Of a stretch of DNA of 64,000 nt, positions 50,328 through 61,014 are shown piece after piece. The position numbers and the translations under genes were made by a program. The stretch's first letter is position 1, and every line of letters begins with the position of its first letter. The stretch comes from Mycobacteriales bacterium (GTDB taxonomy: Bacteria > Actinomycetota > Actinomycetes > DATLTS01): NCBI GenBank assembly GCA_035533475.1, contig DATLTS010000035.1, positions 82,507 through 146,506 on the forward strand. Direction: 5' to 3'. The notes beneath the pieces are model-generated. The model was given only the letters and a program-made list of their open reading frames with translations, did not search any database and had not been told where the DNA came from.

Positions 50328-51524
50328 ATGGAAAACCGCTGGGGACGCATCGACGCGTCCGGGACCGTCTACGTGACGTCACCGGACGGCGAACGGGCAG
50401 TGGGCTCGTGGCAAGCCGGACCGCCGGCCGAGGGGCTCGCCCATTTCGAGCGCCGGTTCGCCGAGCTGGAGGCCCAGGCGGCGCTGCTGAGCCAGCGCCT
50501 GGAATCGGGCGTCGCCGATCCGGCGGCGCTGCGGACAACGGCCCGCCGGCTGCGCGACTCGCTGCCGACCGCTAACGCGGTCGGCGACTTCGCCGGGTTG
50601 CACGGCCGGCTCGAGGAGTTCATCGCGCGAGCCGACGAGCAGGTGGCGACCGCCGCAGCCACCAGGGCCGCCCGCAAGGCGGAGGCTGTGGAGGCGCTTG
50701 GCCGGCTCGCGGCGGAGGCGGAGACGCTCGCGGCGAGCTCCCAGTGGAAGGCGAGCGGGGACCGGCTCCGCGCCCTCGGCGAGGAATGGAAGGCGGCCGC
50801 CCACGGCGTCGACCGCAAGGTCGCGACCCAGCTCTGGCAGCGTTTCGCCGCCGCCCGGGCGGAGTTCACCCGTCGGCGCGGCCAGCACTTCGCCGCCCTC
50901 GCTGTCGAGCGGCATGCCACGGAGGAACGCAAGACGGCGCTCGTCGTCGAGGCCGAAGGGCTGGCCGAGTCCAGCGACTGGACCGGTGCGGCCCGCCGGT
51001 TTCGTGAGCTCGTGACCGCATGGAAGGACGCCGGCCGAGCGGCGAAAGCCACCGAGGACGCGCTGTGGAACAGGTTCCGGGCCGCACAGCAGACCTTCTT
51101 CGGCCGGCGCGCGACCGCACTCGCCGAACGCGATGCGGTCCGGCGCGGCCAGCACAACGCGCGGGAGGAGCTGGTTGCCGCGGCGGAAGCCCTGGAGCCG
51201 AACACCGACCTGGCCGGCGCCAAGCGCCAGCTGCGCGAGATCCAGGAACGCTGGGCCGCGGCCGGACCGGTGCCGCGGGAAGAGCAGGCGGCATGGGATC
51301 GACGCTTCGCCGCGGTCGAGGACCGGGTCCGGTCGGCATCGGAGGAGCGGTGGGACCGGCCGAACCCGCAGACCTCCCCGCTCGTCGAACGGCTACGCGA
51401 GTCGGTCGCCAAGCTCGAGCGACGCGCCGAACGGGCCCGGGCAGCCGGCCGGGACGACGAGGCGGCCGAGGCCGAAGCCAAACTGTCCACCCAGCGCGAA
51501 TGGCTGGCTCGGGCCGTACGTTGA
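50328..51524 (+). CDS. DUF349-family protein (Arg/Ala/Glu-rich helical repeats)
   Basis: Repeated 'W..A...F..RR' DUF349 units. Start 50292 or 50328. Confidence 0.65.
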   Translation: MENRWGRIDASGTVYVTSPDGERAVGSWQAGPPAEGLAHFERRFAELEAQAALLSQRLESGVADPAALRTTARRLRDSLPTANAVGDFAGLHGRLEEFIARADEQVATAAATRAARKAEAVEALGRLAAEAETLAASSQWKASGDRLRALGEEWKAAAHGVDRKVATQLWQRFAAARAEFTRRRGQHFAALAVERHATEERKTALVVEAEGLAESSDWTGAARRFRELVTAWKDAGRAAKATEDALWNRFRAAQQTFFGRRATALAERDAVRRGQHNAREELVAAAEALEPNTDLAGAKRQLREIQERWAAAGPVPREEQAAWDRRFAAVEDRVRSASEERWDRPNPQTSPLVERLRESVAKLERRAERARAAGRDDEAAEAEAKLSTQREWLARAVR

Positions 51525-51527
51525 CCG

Positions 51528-52280
51528 CTACCGCGCCGGTGGCTTGCGGGGGGCGCGTCGGGTCCGCGCCGGGGTCGCGACGACGTCCACTTCTGGGGTG
51601 ATGTCCACCGGGGCTGGCGGGGATGGCAGCGGGCGCGGGCGGCCGAACTGCGGCCTTACCTCGGCTGGGACGTCGCGCAGGTGCCAGCGAGCCAGGGCGG
51701 CGGCGGCCACCGCGAAGTAGGCGGTCGGGATCAGGCCGCGCAGGCTGGCCACCCGGTTACCGCCGTGGAAGACGCCGGGACCGGCGATCCGGAACAGCTG
51801 GTAGACGGCGATCACCGCCGTGACGGCGACGATCAGCACACACAGGAAGATGACCGCCGAACCGTAGCTGCGCCGGACCCGGCCGAGCGGACCGAGCGGG
51901 ACCAGATCCTCGGCGCTGGCGCGGGCACCGGCCCGCTGGTGCACGAGGTAGAGGCCGCCGGCCACGGCGAGCACCAGCAGGCTGAGCACCGACTGCCGGG
52001 CCACCGCGTCACCCACCGGGTGTGACCCGGGACCTTGCCCCGGGGTCGCGCCGATCAGCTGGCACAGCCCGGCCACGAACGCGACGCTCGCGAATAGCCC
52101 GGCGAACAACGTGACGAACGAGGTGGCGAACAGGTAGACGAGCGTGGGACGGCGTCCGCTCGGATCCGGCTCCGCGCGGTTCGCCACGATGAGGATGACG
52201 AAGATCAGACCGAACAGGAGCGGGAGGAGGGCCGCCACGGCGATGCCGGCGGCCACCAGCGAGCCGGTGTTGGAGATCAT
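51528..52280 (-). CDS. Hypothetical integral membrane protein
   Basis: 6 TM. The listed 647-aa ORF upstream part is antisense of the amidase. Confidence 0.5.
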   Translation of the reverse strand: MISNTGSLVAAGIAVAALLPLLFGLIFVILIVANRAEPDPSGRRPTLVYLFATSFVTLFAGLFASVAFVAGLCQLIGATPGQGPGSHPVGDAVARQSVLSLLVLAVAGGLYLVHQRAGARASAEDLVPLGPLGRVRRSYGSAVIFLCVLIVAVTAVIAVYQLFRIAGPGVFHGGNRVASLRGLIPTAYFAVAAAALARWHLRDVPAEVRPQFGRPRPLPSPPAPVDITPEVDVVATPARTRRAPRKPPAR

Positions 52281-52369
52281 GGGGAAACGGTAAGGGCTGA
52301 TACCCGTCGCCCCGCCACGCCACGCCGCCATGCCACGATGCCGCGACGGAGACGTGGAAGGGTGACCCC

Positions 52370-52657
52370 ATGGCCGCATCCTCGAAGGTCGGCTGGAAGG
52401 TGTACGGCGGTCTGTCCGGAGCGCTCGCCGGGCTCGCCGCCGAACGCGTGCTGCGGGTCGCCTGGCGGGCGCTGGCCGGTCATCCTCCGCCCGAGGAGCC
52501 GGGGAGTCCAGCCGTCCGCTGGGGCGAGGCGGCCGCCTGGGCCGGCGGGTCCGCGGCGGCGGTCGCGCTGGCTCGGCTGGCGGCGACGCGCCGGGCGGCC
52601 GCCTCCTGGCAGCAGGCCGCGGGGTCGCCGCCACCCGGACTCGGACCCCGCCGGTGA
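52370..52657 (+). CDS. DUF4235-family small protein
   Basis: RBS GAAGGG. 'KVGWKVYGGLSGALAG' family signature. Confidence 0.5.
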   Translation: MAASSKVGWKVYGGLSGALAGLAAERVLRVAWRALAGHPPPEEPGSPAVRWGEAAAWAGGSAAAVALARLAATRRAAASWQQAAGSPPPGLGPRR

Positions 52658-54036
52658 ACCGGGAGGAGGAGCTGGCCTTCGCCGGGGTCGCCGGCCAGGC
52701 AGCCCGGCTCGCGGACGGCTCGGTCACCTCGGTCGGACTGCTCGACACCCTGCTCGGACGCATCGAGCGCCTCGATCCGGAGCTCGGGGCCTTTCGGGTG
52801 CTGCTCCCCGACGAAGCCCGGGCCGCCGCGGCGGCGGCGGACACGGCCCGGGCGGCCGGGGACCCACGGCCACTGCTCGGCGTGGCGGTGGCGGTCAAGG
52901 ACAACGTCGACCTCGCCGGGGTGCCCACCCGCCACGGCACCGGCTCCCCGCAGCGCCCGGCGGCCACCGACGGCCCGACAGTCCGGCGGCTGCGCGACGC
53001 CGGTCTGGTCATCGTCGGAAAGACCAACCTGCCCGAGCTCGCGCTCTGGGCGGTGACCGCGTCCCCCTGGCAGCCGGTGACCCGCAACCCGTGGCGCACG
53101 GACCGGACGCCGGGCGGCTCGAGCGGGGGCTCAGCGGCTGCGGTGGCCGCCGGCCTGGTGGCTGCGGCGCACGCCACCGACGGCCTCGGCTCGATCCGGA
53201 TCCCCGCCGCGTGGAGCGGGCTGTTCGGGCTCAAACCGAGCCGCGGTGTGGTCGCCCACGACGAACCCGACCACTGGCACGGGCTCTCGCACAGCGGTTT
53301 CCTCACCAGGACGGTTCTCGACACGGCGCTGCTGCTCGACGCCACCGGCTCCGGACCCGGCTTCGTCGCCGGCCTGAGCAGCGGACCCCGGCTGCGGGTC
53401 GGCTGGACCGACCGGCCGCCGACGCCGGGGGTCGGGGTCCACCCGGAGATCCGGGAGGCGCTAAGCGCCACCGTCCGGGCTCTCGTCGAATGCGGCCACG
53501 ATGTCCGGCCGGTGCGACTGCCGCGCGCAGAGATCCTGCACGTGCTGCTGCCCCGCTATCTGCGTGGGGCCGCCGACGACCTGGCTCTGCTGGTCGACCC
53601 GGCGCGCACGCAGGCGCGGACCCGGGCGATGGCGCGGGCCGGCCGGCGGGTGCCCGCCCGGCTGCTCCGCGGGGCTCGCCGGTCCGGCGACCGGATCGGC
53701 GAGCGACTCGCGGCGACGACCTTCTCCGAGGTCGACGTGCTGATTCAGCCGAGCACCGCGCAGCTCCCGATCCGGGCGGACGCCTTCACCGGCCGCGGGG
53801 CGCTGCTGACCCTCGGTGGCTTTGGTCGGTCGGTGCCGTTCACCCAGCTGTGGAACATCACCGGCCAGCCGGCGGCCAGCCTGCCCGCGGCCGTGAGCCG
53901 CGCCGGACTGCCGATCGGGATCCAGCTGGTCGGGCGGCGCGGGGAGGACCGGCTCCTGCTCACGCTGGCCGCCGAGTTGGAGACGCACCTCGGCTGGTCC
54001 GGCCGGTACCCGCCGATGGCGGTCAGCGCGCCCTAA
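52654..54036 (+). CDS. Amidase (amidase-signature family)
   Basis: 'GGSSGGSAAAVAAG' AS signature, Ser-cisSer-Lys triad region. Confidence 0.85.
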   Translation: MNREEELAFAGVAGQAARLADGSVTSVGLLDTLLGRIERLDPELGAFRVLLPDEARAAAAAADTARAAGDPRPLLGVAVAVKDNVDLAGVPTRHGTGSPQRPAATDGPTVRRLRDAGLVIVGKTNLPELALWAVTASPWQPVTRNPWRTDRTPGGSSGGSAAAVAAGLVAAAHATDGLGSIRIPAAWSGLFGLKPSRGVVAHDEPDHWHGLSHSGFLTRTVLDTALLLDATGSGPGFVAGLSSGPRLRVGWTDRPPTPGVGVHPEIREALSATVRALVECGHDVRPVRLPRAEILHVLLPRYLRGAADDLALLVDPARTQARTRAMARAGRRVPARLLRGARRSGDRIGERLAATTFSEVDVLIQPSTAQLPIRADAFTGRGALLTLGGFGRSVPFTQLWNITGQPAASLPAAVSRAGLPIGIQLVGRRGEDRLLLTLAAELETHLGWSGRYPPMAVSAP

Positions 54037-54117
54037 CTGGGGTGGCCACCCGGTCGCGGAGGTAAACCGAGCGTGTCGAAGGGGTTGGATCGGTCGCCGG
54101 CTGGTTATCTGTGAGGT

Positions 54118-55386
54118 GTGGCCCGACCCGCTGCCCTAGTCGCCGCTTCCGGCCTGGACGGGTTGTTCGCGGCCCGCGTGCGCTTCGGCGTCGGTGCCGC
54201 CCTCGGTGAACTGCGCGGCACGGTGGTGTTCGACATCGCCGTCGGCGGTACCTGGACATTGCACATCGACGAGGGCCGGGTCGGGTTGCGCCGCGGGCCG
54301 GTGCGCCGGCCGAGCGCCACGATCCGTACCGATCCGCAGACGATGGCCGCCATCCTCGACGGCGAGACCTCCGGCGCCCAAGCCTTCCTCGACGGGCGGC
54401 TGACCACCCGCGGGGACATCGCGCTGGCGCTTCAGGTCGACGGCGCCTTCGACGTCGGGGAGCGGCCCGCGAGCTATCCGCGGGCCCGGACGGTCCGCCT
54501 GAACGGGGTACGCACCGGCTACCTGGAGGCCGGGCCACGGGACGCCCCTCCGGTGCTCCTGCTGCACGGCCTGGGAGCGACGAACGCGTCCATGCTGCCG
54601 CTGCTGCCGGCCCTGGCCGACGCCTACCGGGTCATCGTCCCGGACACCCCGGGTTTCGGCTCGAGCGACGCCCCACGTTGGCGTTACACCATGCGCGAAC
54701 TGGCCGGTTGGCTCACCGAGTTCAGTGCCGCGATCGGCGCCACTCGACCGGCACTGGTCGGAAATTCGCTCGGCGGCCGGATCGCAATCGAGGCCGGGCT
54801 GACCGCCCCGGACGCGCTCGACCGGCTGGTCCTGCTCTGCCCGTCCCCGGCCTTCCGGCGGCTCCGCCAACTGGTGCCGGCCGTGCGACTGATCAACCCG
54901 GACATCGGGTGGTTACCGATCTGGCTGTCGCACCGGCTCGTCGTGGAGTTCACCCGGATGATGTTCAGCCGGCCGGATCGACTGCCCCGCGAGTGGTACG
55001 ACGCGGCAGCCGACGAATTCCGCCACGTGATGAGCCGCCCGGCCCACCGGCGGGCGTTCGTCGCGTGCCTCCGCCAGATCTACATCGAGCAGGCCTACGG
55101 CGGCGACGGGTTCTGGGACCGGCTGACCGCCCTCGACGTGCCGGCGCTGTTCGTCTGGGGCGAACGCGACCGGCTGGTCCCGGCTGGCTTCGCCCGTTTC
55201 GTCAGCGCCGCGGTACCCGCCGCGCGCAGCGTCGTCCTGCCCGATTGTGGGCACGTCCCCCAGTACGAGTTCCCGGACGAGACCGGCGCGCTGGTCCGGG
55301 AGTTCCTCGACGCTTCCGACGGCGCGGTCAGGGGCGCAGGTCGGCGGCGATCCGCTCGCCGAGTCGGCGCGTCTCGCGCCGGTTGA
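54118..55386 (+). CDS. SCP2 sterol-binding domain fused to alpha/beta hydrolase
   Basis: N-terminal SCP2-like. 'GNSLGG' nucleophile elbow. Overlaps the convergent gene by ~58 bp. Confidence 0.7.
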   Translation: MARPAALVAASGLDGLFAARVRFGVGAALGELRGTVVFDIAVGGTWTLHIDEGRVGLRRGPVRRPSATIRTDPQTMAAILDGETSGAQAFLDGRLTTRGDIALALQVDGAFDVGERPASYPRARTVRLNGVRTGYLEAGPRDAPPVLLLHGLGATNASMLPLLPALADAYRVIVPDTPGFGSSDAPRWRYTMRELAGWLTEFSAAIGATRPALVGNSLGGRIAIEAGLTAPDALDRLVLLCPSPAFRRLRQLVPAVRLINPDIGWLPIWLSHRLVVEFTRMMFSRPDRLPREWYDAAADEFRHVMSRPAHRRAFVACLRQIYIEQAYGGDGFWDRLTALDVPALFVWGERDRLVPAGFARFVSAAVPAARSVVLPDCGHVPQYEFPDETGALVREFLDASDGAVRGAGRRRSARRVGASRAG

Positions 55387-56046
55387 GCGCGCCGCCGGCG
55401 ACCGCTCCGACGAGGAAAGGCGCCAGCGTGGTTACGTTGCGACCGAGCCTTCGGGCCACCCGTTGCCGGAGCTCGCGACGGGTGGCCGAGGAGAGCACCC
55501 CCACGATGCCGTCCTCGGCCGACTGGTCGAGGCCCCGGCGGCGGGCCCAGGCTCCGAGGTAGCTGAGCCCGCGCTGCGCCGGGGTGCCGGTGGCCGGCCG
55601 GGCGTAGACCTCGTGCAGTTCCGCCACCAGCTTGAGCTCGATCGCGACCACCGCCACCGTTTCGGCAGCCAGCTGCACGGGCGCGGACAGCAACGTCGGC
55701 GGGGCGGCGAACTCCACCCCGGCAAGGGCACCGCCGGCGGCTCCGACCGCGGCGGTCGCCCGGCTGGCGGTCTCGATCAGCGCGGCGGCCAGCGCATCCG
55801 CGGCCAGCCCCTCGTGCTGGGCACGCAGCGTCGGGAGATCCCGCACCGGGACCCGCGGCGCGAGATCGGCCACGAGTCCGGCGAGCCACCGCCCACTACC
55901 GACCGCCGTGATCCCCGCCTGACGAGCGCTGGCCGCGATCGCCCTGCCGAGGGCGGCGAGGACCCGGACCCGATCGGCGGCCGGCTCCGCGGCCGTCAGC
56001 TCCTCGACGAGCCCGGCGATCTCCGCCGGCCGGCTCAGGCGCCGCA
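55328..56046 (-). CDS. Conserved hypothetical protein (Ala/Leu-rich)
   Basis: GTG start inside the 3' end of the DUF4193 gene. Confidence 0.55.
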
Positions 56047-56331
56047 CTCCCGGCAGATCATCTTGCCGTTCTTCTCGCTCGCCAGTTGGCTGCGGTGGTG
56101 CACGAGGAAACACCGGGAACAGGTGAACTCGTCCGCCTGGCGCGGCATGACCCGGACCGTGAGCTCTTCTCCGGACAGGTCGGCGCCCGGCAGCTCGAGC
56201 GACTCCGCCAGTTCGGCCTCGTCGACGTCGACGCTGCCGGCCTGGGCGTCGCGGCGCGCCTTGAGCTCCTCGAGGCTGTCCTCGCCAAGATCGTCATCGG
56301 TCGCGCGTGGGGTGTCGTAATCGGTTGCCAT
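56035..56331 (-). CDS. DUF4193-family acidic protein with C-terminal CxxC...CxxC zinc ribbon
   Basis: 'MATDYDTPR...' N-terminus. 'CSRCFL...CRECG' C-terminus. Confidence 0.6.
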   Translation of the reverse strand: MATDYDTPRATDDDLGEDSLEELKARRDAQAGSVDVDEAELAESLELPGADLSGEELTVRVMPRQADEFTCSRCFLVHHRSQLASEKNGKMICRECGA

Positions 56332-56527
56332 GAGTGTCCTCACCTTCTCGCGCGCCTATAACGCCCGACGGACCGGGTCTGTGCCCGATTCGGCGAACCA
56401 ATCTCCCGGCCGCCTCGGGGACCGCGGGCATTCTGCCCGACCCGGGGCCGGCTGTCCTCACCTACCCCGGGGACGTCGGGCAGAATCCGGGCACCGCCGC
56501 CCACCGGTGCAGAAGGAGAGGACCCGG

Positions 56528-57043
56528 ATGCCGATCTATGCGCTCGGCGATCGCTCGCCGACAATCGACCCCACCGCCTTCGTCCATCCGGATGCCGTCG
56601 TTATCGGGGCAGTGACCATCGCCGCGCAGGCGAGTATCTGGCCCGGATCGGTGCTCCGGGGGGACTACGGGCGGATCGAGGTCGGTGCCCGAACCTCGAT
56701 CCAGGACGGGACGGTCGTCCACGCCACCGACGATCTGCCCACCCGCATCGGGGCGGACTGCGTCGTCGGGCACCTCGCGCACCTCGAGGGCTGCACCGTC
56801 GAGGACGGCAGCCTGATCGGGTCCGGTTCGGTCGTGCTGCACCGTGCCGTCGTGCGCTCCGGCGCGCTTGTCGGAGCCGGCGCGGTCGTCCCCAATGACA
56901 CCGAGGTGCCGACGGGGGCCATGGCCCTCGGCGTGCCCGCCCGGATCCGCCCGGATGCCGTCCCGGCCGGGATCTTCGACGAAGCGGTCCGCCGCTACGT
57001 CGAGAACGCCGAGCGCTACCGCCGGGAACTGCGCCGGCTCTGA
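56528..57043 (+). CDS. Gamma-class carbonic anhydrase/hexapeptide-repeat protein (PaaY/YrdA-like)
   Basis: Left-handed beta-helix hexapeptide repeats. RBS GGAGAGGA. Confidence 0.8.
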   Translation: MPIYALGDRSPTIDPTAFVHPDAVVIGAVTIAAQASIWPGSVLRGDYGRIEVGARTSIQDGTVVHATDDLPTRIGADCVVGHLAHLEGCTVEDGSLIGSGSVVLHRAVVRSGALVGAGAVVPNDTEVPTGAMALGVPARIRPDAVPAGIFDEAVRRYVENAERYRRELRRL

Positions 57044-57139
57044 CCGGAGGACCCGCGCTGGCGCCGCCCGGCGCTAACCCCTACTCTGGGTCATACCGAA
57101 CGGCATTCTGTTCTGGTTTCGCGCCTTGCTGGAGGGTCC

Positions 57140-58321
57140 GTGGACTTCCGTGACACCACCGAGGAGGCGGCGTTCCGCAAGGAGCTCCGCGACTGGCTGA
57201 CCGCGGCCCTGCCGGCCGACTGGTCGAGCCGGCCGCCACACGTCGGCCGCTGGGACGTCGAATTCGCCCGGGACTGGAGCCGGCGGCTCTACGAGGCCGG
57301 ATACGTCGGGATCACCTGGCCGGCCGAATACGGGGGCCGCGGGCTGCCGCCGATCTACGAGGGCATCTACCTCGAGGAGAGCGCCCGGATCGACTCGCCC
57401 GGTCACCTCGGGGTGATCGGCCTCGGCATGGCAGGTCCGACGATCATCGCCTGGGGTAGCGACGAGCAGAAACGCCGGTTCCTGCCCAAGCTGCTGTCCG
57501 CCGAGGAGGTCTGGTGCCAGGGCTTCTCCGAGCCGGGCAGCGGATCGGACCTCGCCGGCGCCAAGACCCGGGCCGTCCTCGACGGTGACGAATGGGTGGT
57601 GACCGGGCAGAAGGTTTGGTCGAGCTACGCCCATCTGGCCGACTGGTGCATCCTCGTCGTCCGCACCGACCCCGAGGCGCCGCGCCACCGCGGGCTGTCC
57701 TACCTGCTCGTTGACATGAGCAGTCCCGGCGTGGAGGTCCGGCCGCTGCGGCAGATAACCGGGGACCCCGAGTTCAACGAGATCTTCTTCACCGACGTTC
57801 GGGTTCCGCGGGACTCGATGCTCGGCGCTCCGGGCGAGGGGTGGAACGTCGCGATGACGACCCTGCTCCACGAACGGGGCACCCTCGGCTTCGCGCTGAC
57901 CGGTCAGCTCGAGCGACAGGTCAACCGCCTGGTCCGGCTCGCCCGCGAACCCGGTCCGGACGGGCGGACGGCGGCCGACGACCCGCTGGTCCGGGACCAG
58001 ATCGCGCAGCATTGGGTCGACCTACAGGCCCTGCGCTACACGAACTACCGCTCGCTGACCGCACTGCTCAAGACCGGCGTGCCGGGCCCGGAAGGCTCGA
58101 TCTCCAAGCTGCACATGAGCGAGACCAACCAGCGGCTCACCAAGCTCGCCCAGTCGATCAACGGGTTGACCGGCCAGCTGACCGGCGACGGGGCCGTCCT
58201 CGACGGCTACTGGACCTACCATCAGCTGCGCAGCCGGGGGAACACGATCGAGGCCGGCACCTCCGAGATCCTCCGCAACATCATCGCCGAGCGCGTCGTC
58301 GGCCTCCCGCGCAGCCGCTGA
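57140..58321 (+). CDS. Acyl-CoA dehydrogenase
   Basis: ACAD N, middle and C domains; 'GFSEPGSGSD'. Confidence 0.85.
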   Translation: MDFRDTTEEAAFRKELRDWLTAALPADWSSRPPHVGRWDVEFARDWSRRLYEAGYVGITWPAEYGGRGLPPIYEGIYLEESARIDSPGHLGVIGLGMAGPTIIAWGSDEQKRRFLPKLLSAEEVWCQGFSEPGSGSDLAGAKTRAVLDGDEWVVTGQKVWSSYAHLADWCILVVRTDPEAPRHRGLSYLLVDMSSPGVEVRPLRQITGDPEFNEIFFTDVRVPRDSMLGAPGEGWNVAMTTLLHERGTLGFALTGQLERQVNRLVRLAREPGPDGRTAADDPLVRDQIAQHWVDLQALRYTNYRSLTALLKTGVPGPEGSISKLHMSETNQRLTKLAQSINGLTGQLTGDGAVLDGYWTYHQLRSRGNTIEAGTSEILRNIIAERVVGLPRSR

Positions 58322-58346
58322 CCCCCCAACCCCAAGGACCGCACCG

Positions 58347-59387
58347 ATGGACTTCGCCTTCTCCGACGAGCAAGAGATGCTCCGCGCGGCCGCTCGCGCC
58401 TACCTCGCCGACCGCTACACCCCCGAGCGGGTGATCGAGCTCGCCGACTCGCCGGACGGGTGGGATCCGGCCTCCTGGCAGGCCCTCGCGAACCTCGGCT
58501 GGCTGGAGCCCGATCTCGGCGTCCTGGAGCACGCCGTCCTGTTCGAGGAGACCGGCGCCGCCCTGTATCCGGGTCCGTTCTTCTCCACCATCGGCCTGGC
58601 CGGCCCGGCGCTCCCCGAGGACCTCGCCGCCGCGGTCGCCCGCGGCGAACGCTCGGCCACCGTGGCGGTTGCGGAGCCGGGCGGCCCGGCCTCGCTGGCA
58701 GACGCCGACCGGGTGGCCACCACCGCGGATGCCGCCGGCCGGCTCACCGGCCACAAGATCCTCGTCCCCGACCTCACCTCGGTCACCGACGTGCTCGTCG
58801 TCGCCCGCGGGCCGCAGGGGGTCGGCCTCTTCCACGTCGAGGCCCCCGGCGCGGTCACGGCCCGGGAGACCATCGACCGGACCCGAAGGCTCGGTGAGCT
58901 CGTCCTCGACGCCACCCCGGCCCGGCCACTGCCGGAGGCCACGAGCCTCCCCCTGCTGCGCCTCAACGCCCTGGCCGCGCTCGCTTGCGAGGCCGTCGGT
59001 GTCGGCCAGCGGGCCCTGGACTTCGCGACCGAACACGCCAAGACCCGCGAGCAGTTCGGCCGGGTCATCGGTACCTACCAGGCCGTCTCGCACAAGATCG
59101 CCGACATGTTCGTACAGGTCCAGCTCGCCCGTTCGCTCGCCTACTGGGCCGCCTGGTGCGTGGCGGAGGGCGACGACCAGGCGCCGCTCGCCGTGGCCGC
59201 GGCAGCCTCCGACGCGGCGGCGGCGGCAGTGGCGGCCTGTGAGAATGCGATCCAGGTGCACGGTGGGGTCGGGTTCACCTGGGAGCACCCGTTGCACCGC
59301 TTCTACAAGCGGGCGCAGTGGATCCAGGCCTACGAGGGTCCCGGGCAGCGGCACCGGGCTGCGATCGCGACCGCCCTGCTCGGCTGA
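58347..59387 (+). CDS. Acyl-CoA dehydrogenase family protein (paired subunit)
   Basis: ACAD C-terminal helical domain. Immediately downstream of the first ACAD. Confidence 0.75.
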   Translation: MDFAFSDEQEMLRAAARAYLADRYTPERVIELADSPDGWDPASWQALANLGWLEPDLGVLEHAVLFEETGAALYPGPFFSTIGLAGPALPEDLAAAVARGERSATVAVAEPGGPASLADADRVATTADAAGRLTGHKILVPDLTSVTDVLVVARGPQGVGLFHVEAPGAVTARETIDRTRRLGELVLDATPARPLPEATSLPLLRLNALAALACEAVGVGQRALDFATEHAKTREQFGRVIGTYQAVSHKIADMFVQVQLARSLAYWAAWCVAEGDDQAPLAVAAAASDAAAAAVAACENAIQVHGGVGFTWEHPLHRFYKRAQWIQAYEGPGQRHRAAIATALLG

Positions 59388-59422
59388 CCGCCCCGCCGAC
59401 CCGGTCGGCGATACTGGTCGGA

Positions 59423-60949
59423 ATGCCCCGACGCCTGGCCGCTGCGGCCCTGCTCGCCCTCGCGGTCGGCTGTTCGGGTACCGCGCCCCCCCCGACGCCG
59501 CCGAGCCCGGACCCCGCGCCCAGCTCACCGGCCGCCACCAGTCCCCCATCGGTGCCGCTGATGCCGACCGGGGACTGGTCGGTGCACACCGCCGGGCCGC
59601 AGGACGCCATCGAGGGGTTCACCGACCGGGTGAGCGTGCTCCCGGGCACCCCGGTGCGCCTCTACATCTCGACGACGGCGACGAGCTACCGGATCGAGGC
59701 GTTCCGGATGGGCTTCTACGCGGGGGCGTGGGCGGCCCGTGTCTGGACCAGCCCGACGGAGCCCGGGCGACGCCAGGCCGGCGCGGACCTCACCGGCGGC
59801 ACCTTCACCGCCGTCGCCCGTTGGCGGGTGTCGGTCACCGTCGCGACCACCGGCTGGCCGGCCGGGGACTACCTGTTTCGGCTGGACGCCGCGAACGGCG
59901 ACCAGCGATTCGTCCCGCTCACCCTGCGCAGTCCGAGCACGGCCGGCCGGATCGTTCTGCTCGCGGCGGTGACGACCTGGCAGGCTTACAACAGTTGGGG
60001 TGGCTACAGCCTCTACCGGGGACCGAACGGGTTCGCCGACCGGGCCCGGGTGGTGTCGTTCGACCGGCCGTACGCCTACGGGGAAGGCGCAGCCGACTTC
60101 GTCGGCAACGAGCTCCCGGCGGTGATCCTGGCCGAGAGCCTGCGCCTGCCGGTGGCCTACGCGACGGACGTCGAACTCGACGACGACCCCGGTTTGCTCG
60201 ACGGCGCCCGGGCGGTGATCTCCATGGGCCACGACGAGTACTACTCGCAGGCGATGCGCGACGCGCTGACCCGGGCCCGGGACCGCGGCGTGAACCTGGC
60301 CTTCCTCGGCGCCAACGCCGTCTACCGTCACATCCGGTTCGCCCCCGCCGGGGCCGTACCGGACCGGCTGGAGATCGACTACAAGAGCTTCCTCGACGAC
60401 CCGCTGCACACCAGCGACCCGGCGGGCGCCACCGGCCCGGCCTGGCGCAGCCCGCCCGACCCGCGCCCGGAGAGCGTGCTCACCGGCACCTACTACCAGT
60501 GCAACCCGGTCGACGCGGACATGGTGGTCGCCGACCCGGGCAGCTGGTTGCTCGCCGGCATCGTCACCCCCGGTGAGCACCTGCACCGCCTCGTCGGCTC
60601 GGAATACGACGCCGTCGACCCGTCGGTACCGACCCCGCAGCCGATCGAGGTGCTTTTCCACTCCCCGCTCACCTGCGGCAGCGGGCGACCGTTCGCCGAC
60701 GCGGCGTACTACACGACGCCGAGCGGCGCGGGGGTCTTCGACTCCGGAACGAGCTCCTGGGTCTGCGCCATCGCCGTCTTCCTCTGCGAGAAGGGCCATG
60801 GCGATCCGGCCGCCCAGCGGGTGGTCACCGCGGTGACCACCCGGCTGCTCGAGGCCTTCGCCGCTGGGCCGGCCGGCGCGGTGCATCCGGCCCGGCAGAA
60901 CCTGGCTCGGCTCGGAATCGCTGCGCCCCCGGTGGCACCCACCCGCTGA
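59423..60949 (+). CDS. Secreted lipoprotein, possibly N,N-dimethylformamidase-large-subunit-like/GATase-like fold (uncertain)
   Basis: Lipobox LAVGCS, Pro-rich linker. Confidence 0.6.
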   Translation: MPRRLAAAALLALAVGCSGTAPPPTPPSPDPAPSSPAATSPPSVPLMPTGDWSVHTAGPQDAIEGFTDRVSVLPGTPVRLYISTTATSYRIEAFRMGFYAGAWAARVWTSPTEPGRRQAGADLTGGTFTAVARWRVSVTVATTGWPAGDYLFRLDAANGDQRFVPLTLRSPSTAGRIVLLAAVTTWQAYNSWGGYSLYRGPNGFADRARVVSFDRPYAYGEGAADFVGNELPAVILAESLRLPVAYATDVELDDDPGLLDGARAVISMGHDEYYSQAMRDALTRARDRGVNLAFLGANAVYRHIRFAPAGAVPDRLEIDYKSFLDDPLHTSDPAGATGPAWRSPPDPRPESVLTGTYYQCNPVDADMVVADPGSWLLAGIVTPGEHLHRLVGSEYDAVDPSVPTPQPIEVLFHSPLTCGSGRPFADAAYYTTPSGAGVFDSGTSSWVCAIAVFLCEKGHGDPAAQRVVTAVTTRLLEAFAAGPAGAVHPARQNLARLGIAAPPVAPTR

Positions 60950-61014
60950 CCAGAGGAGCCCCCGCGCGGACGTGCGACCCTGTACCGGCACGCACCAGCC
61001 GTCCGAGGAGCGCC

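Noticed and set aside
51528-53471. 647-aa minus-strand ORF
   Set aside because: Only the membrane-protein part (51528-52280) is plausible. The remainder is antisense to the amidase and DUF4235 genes.
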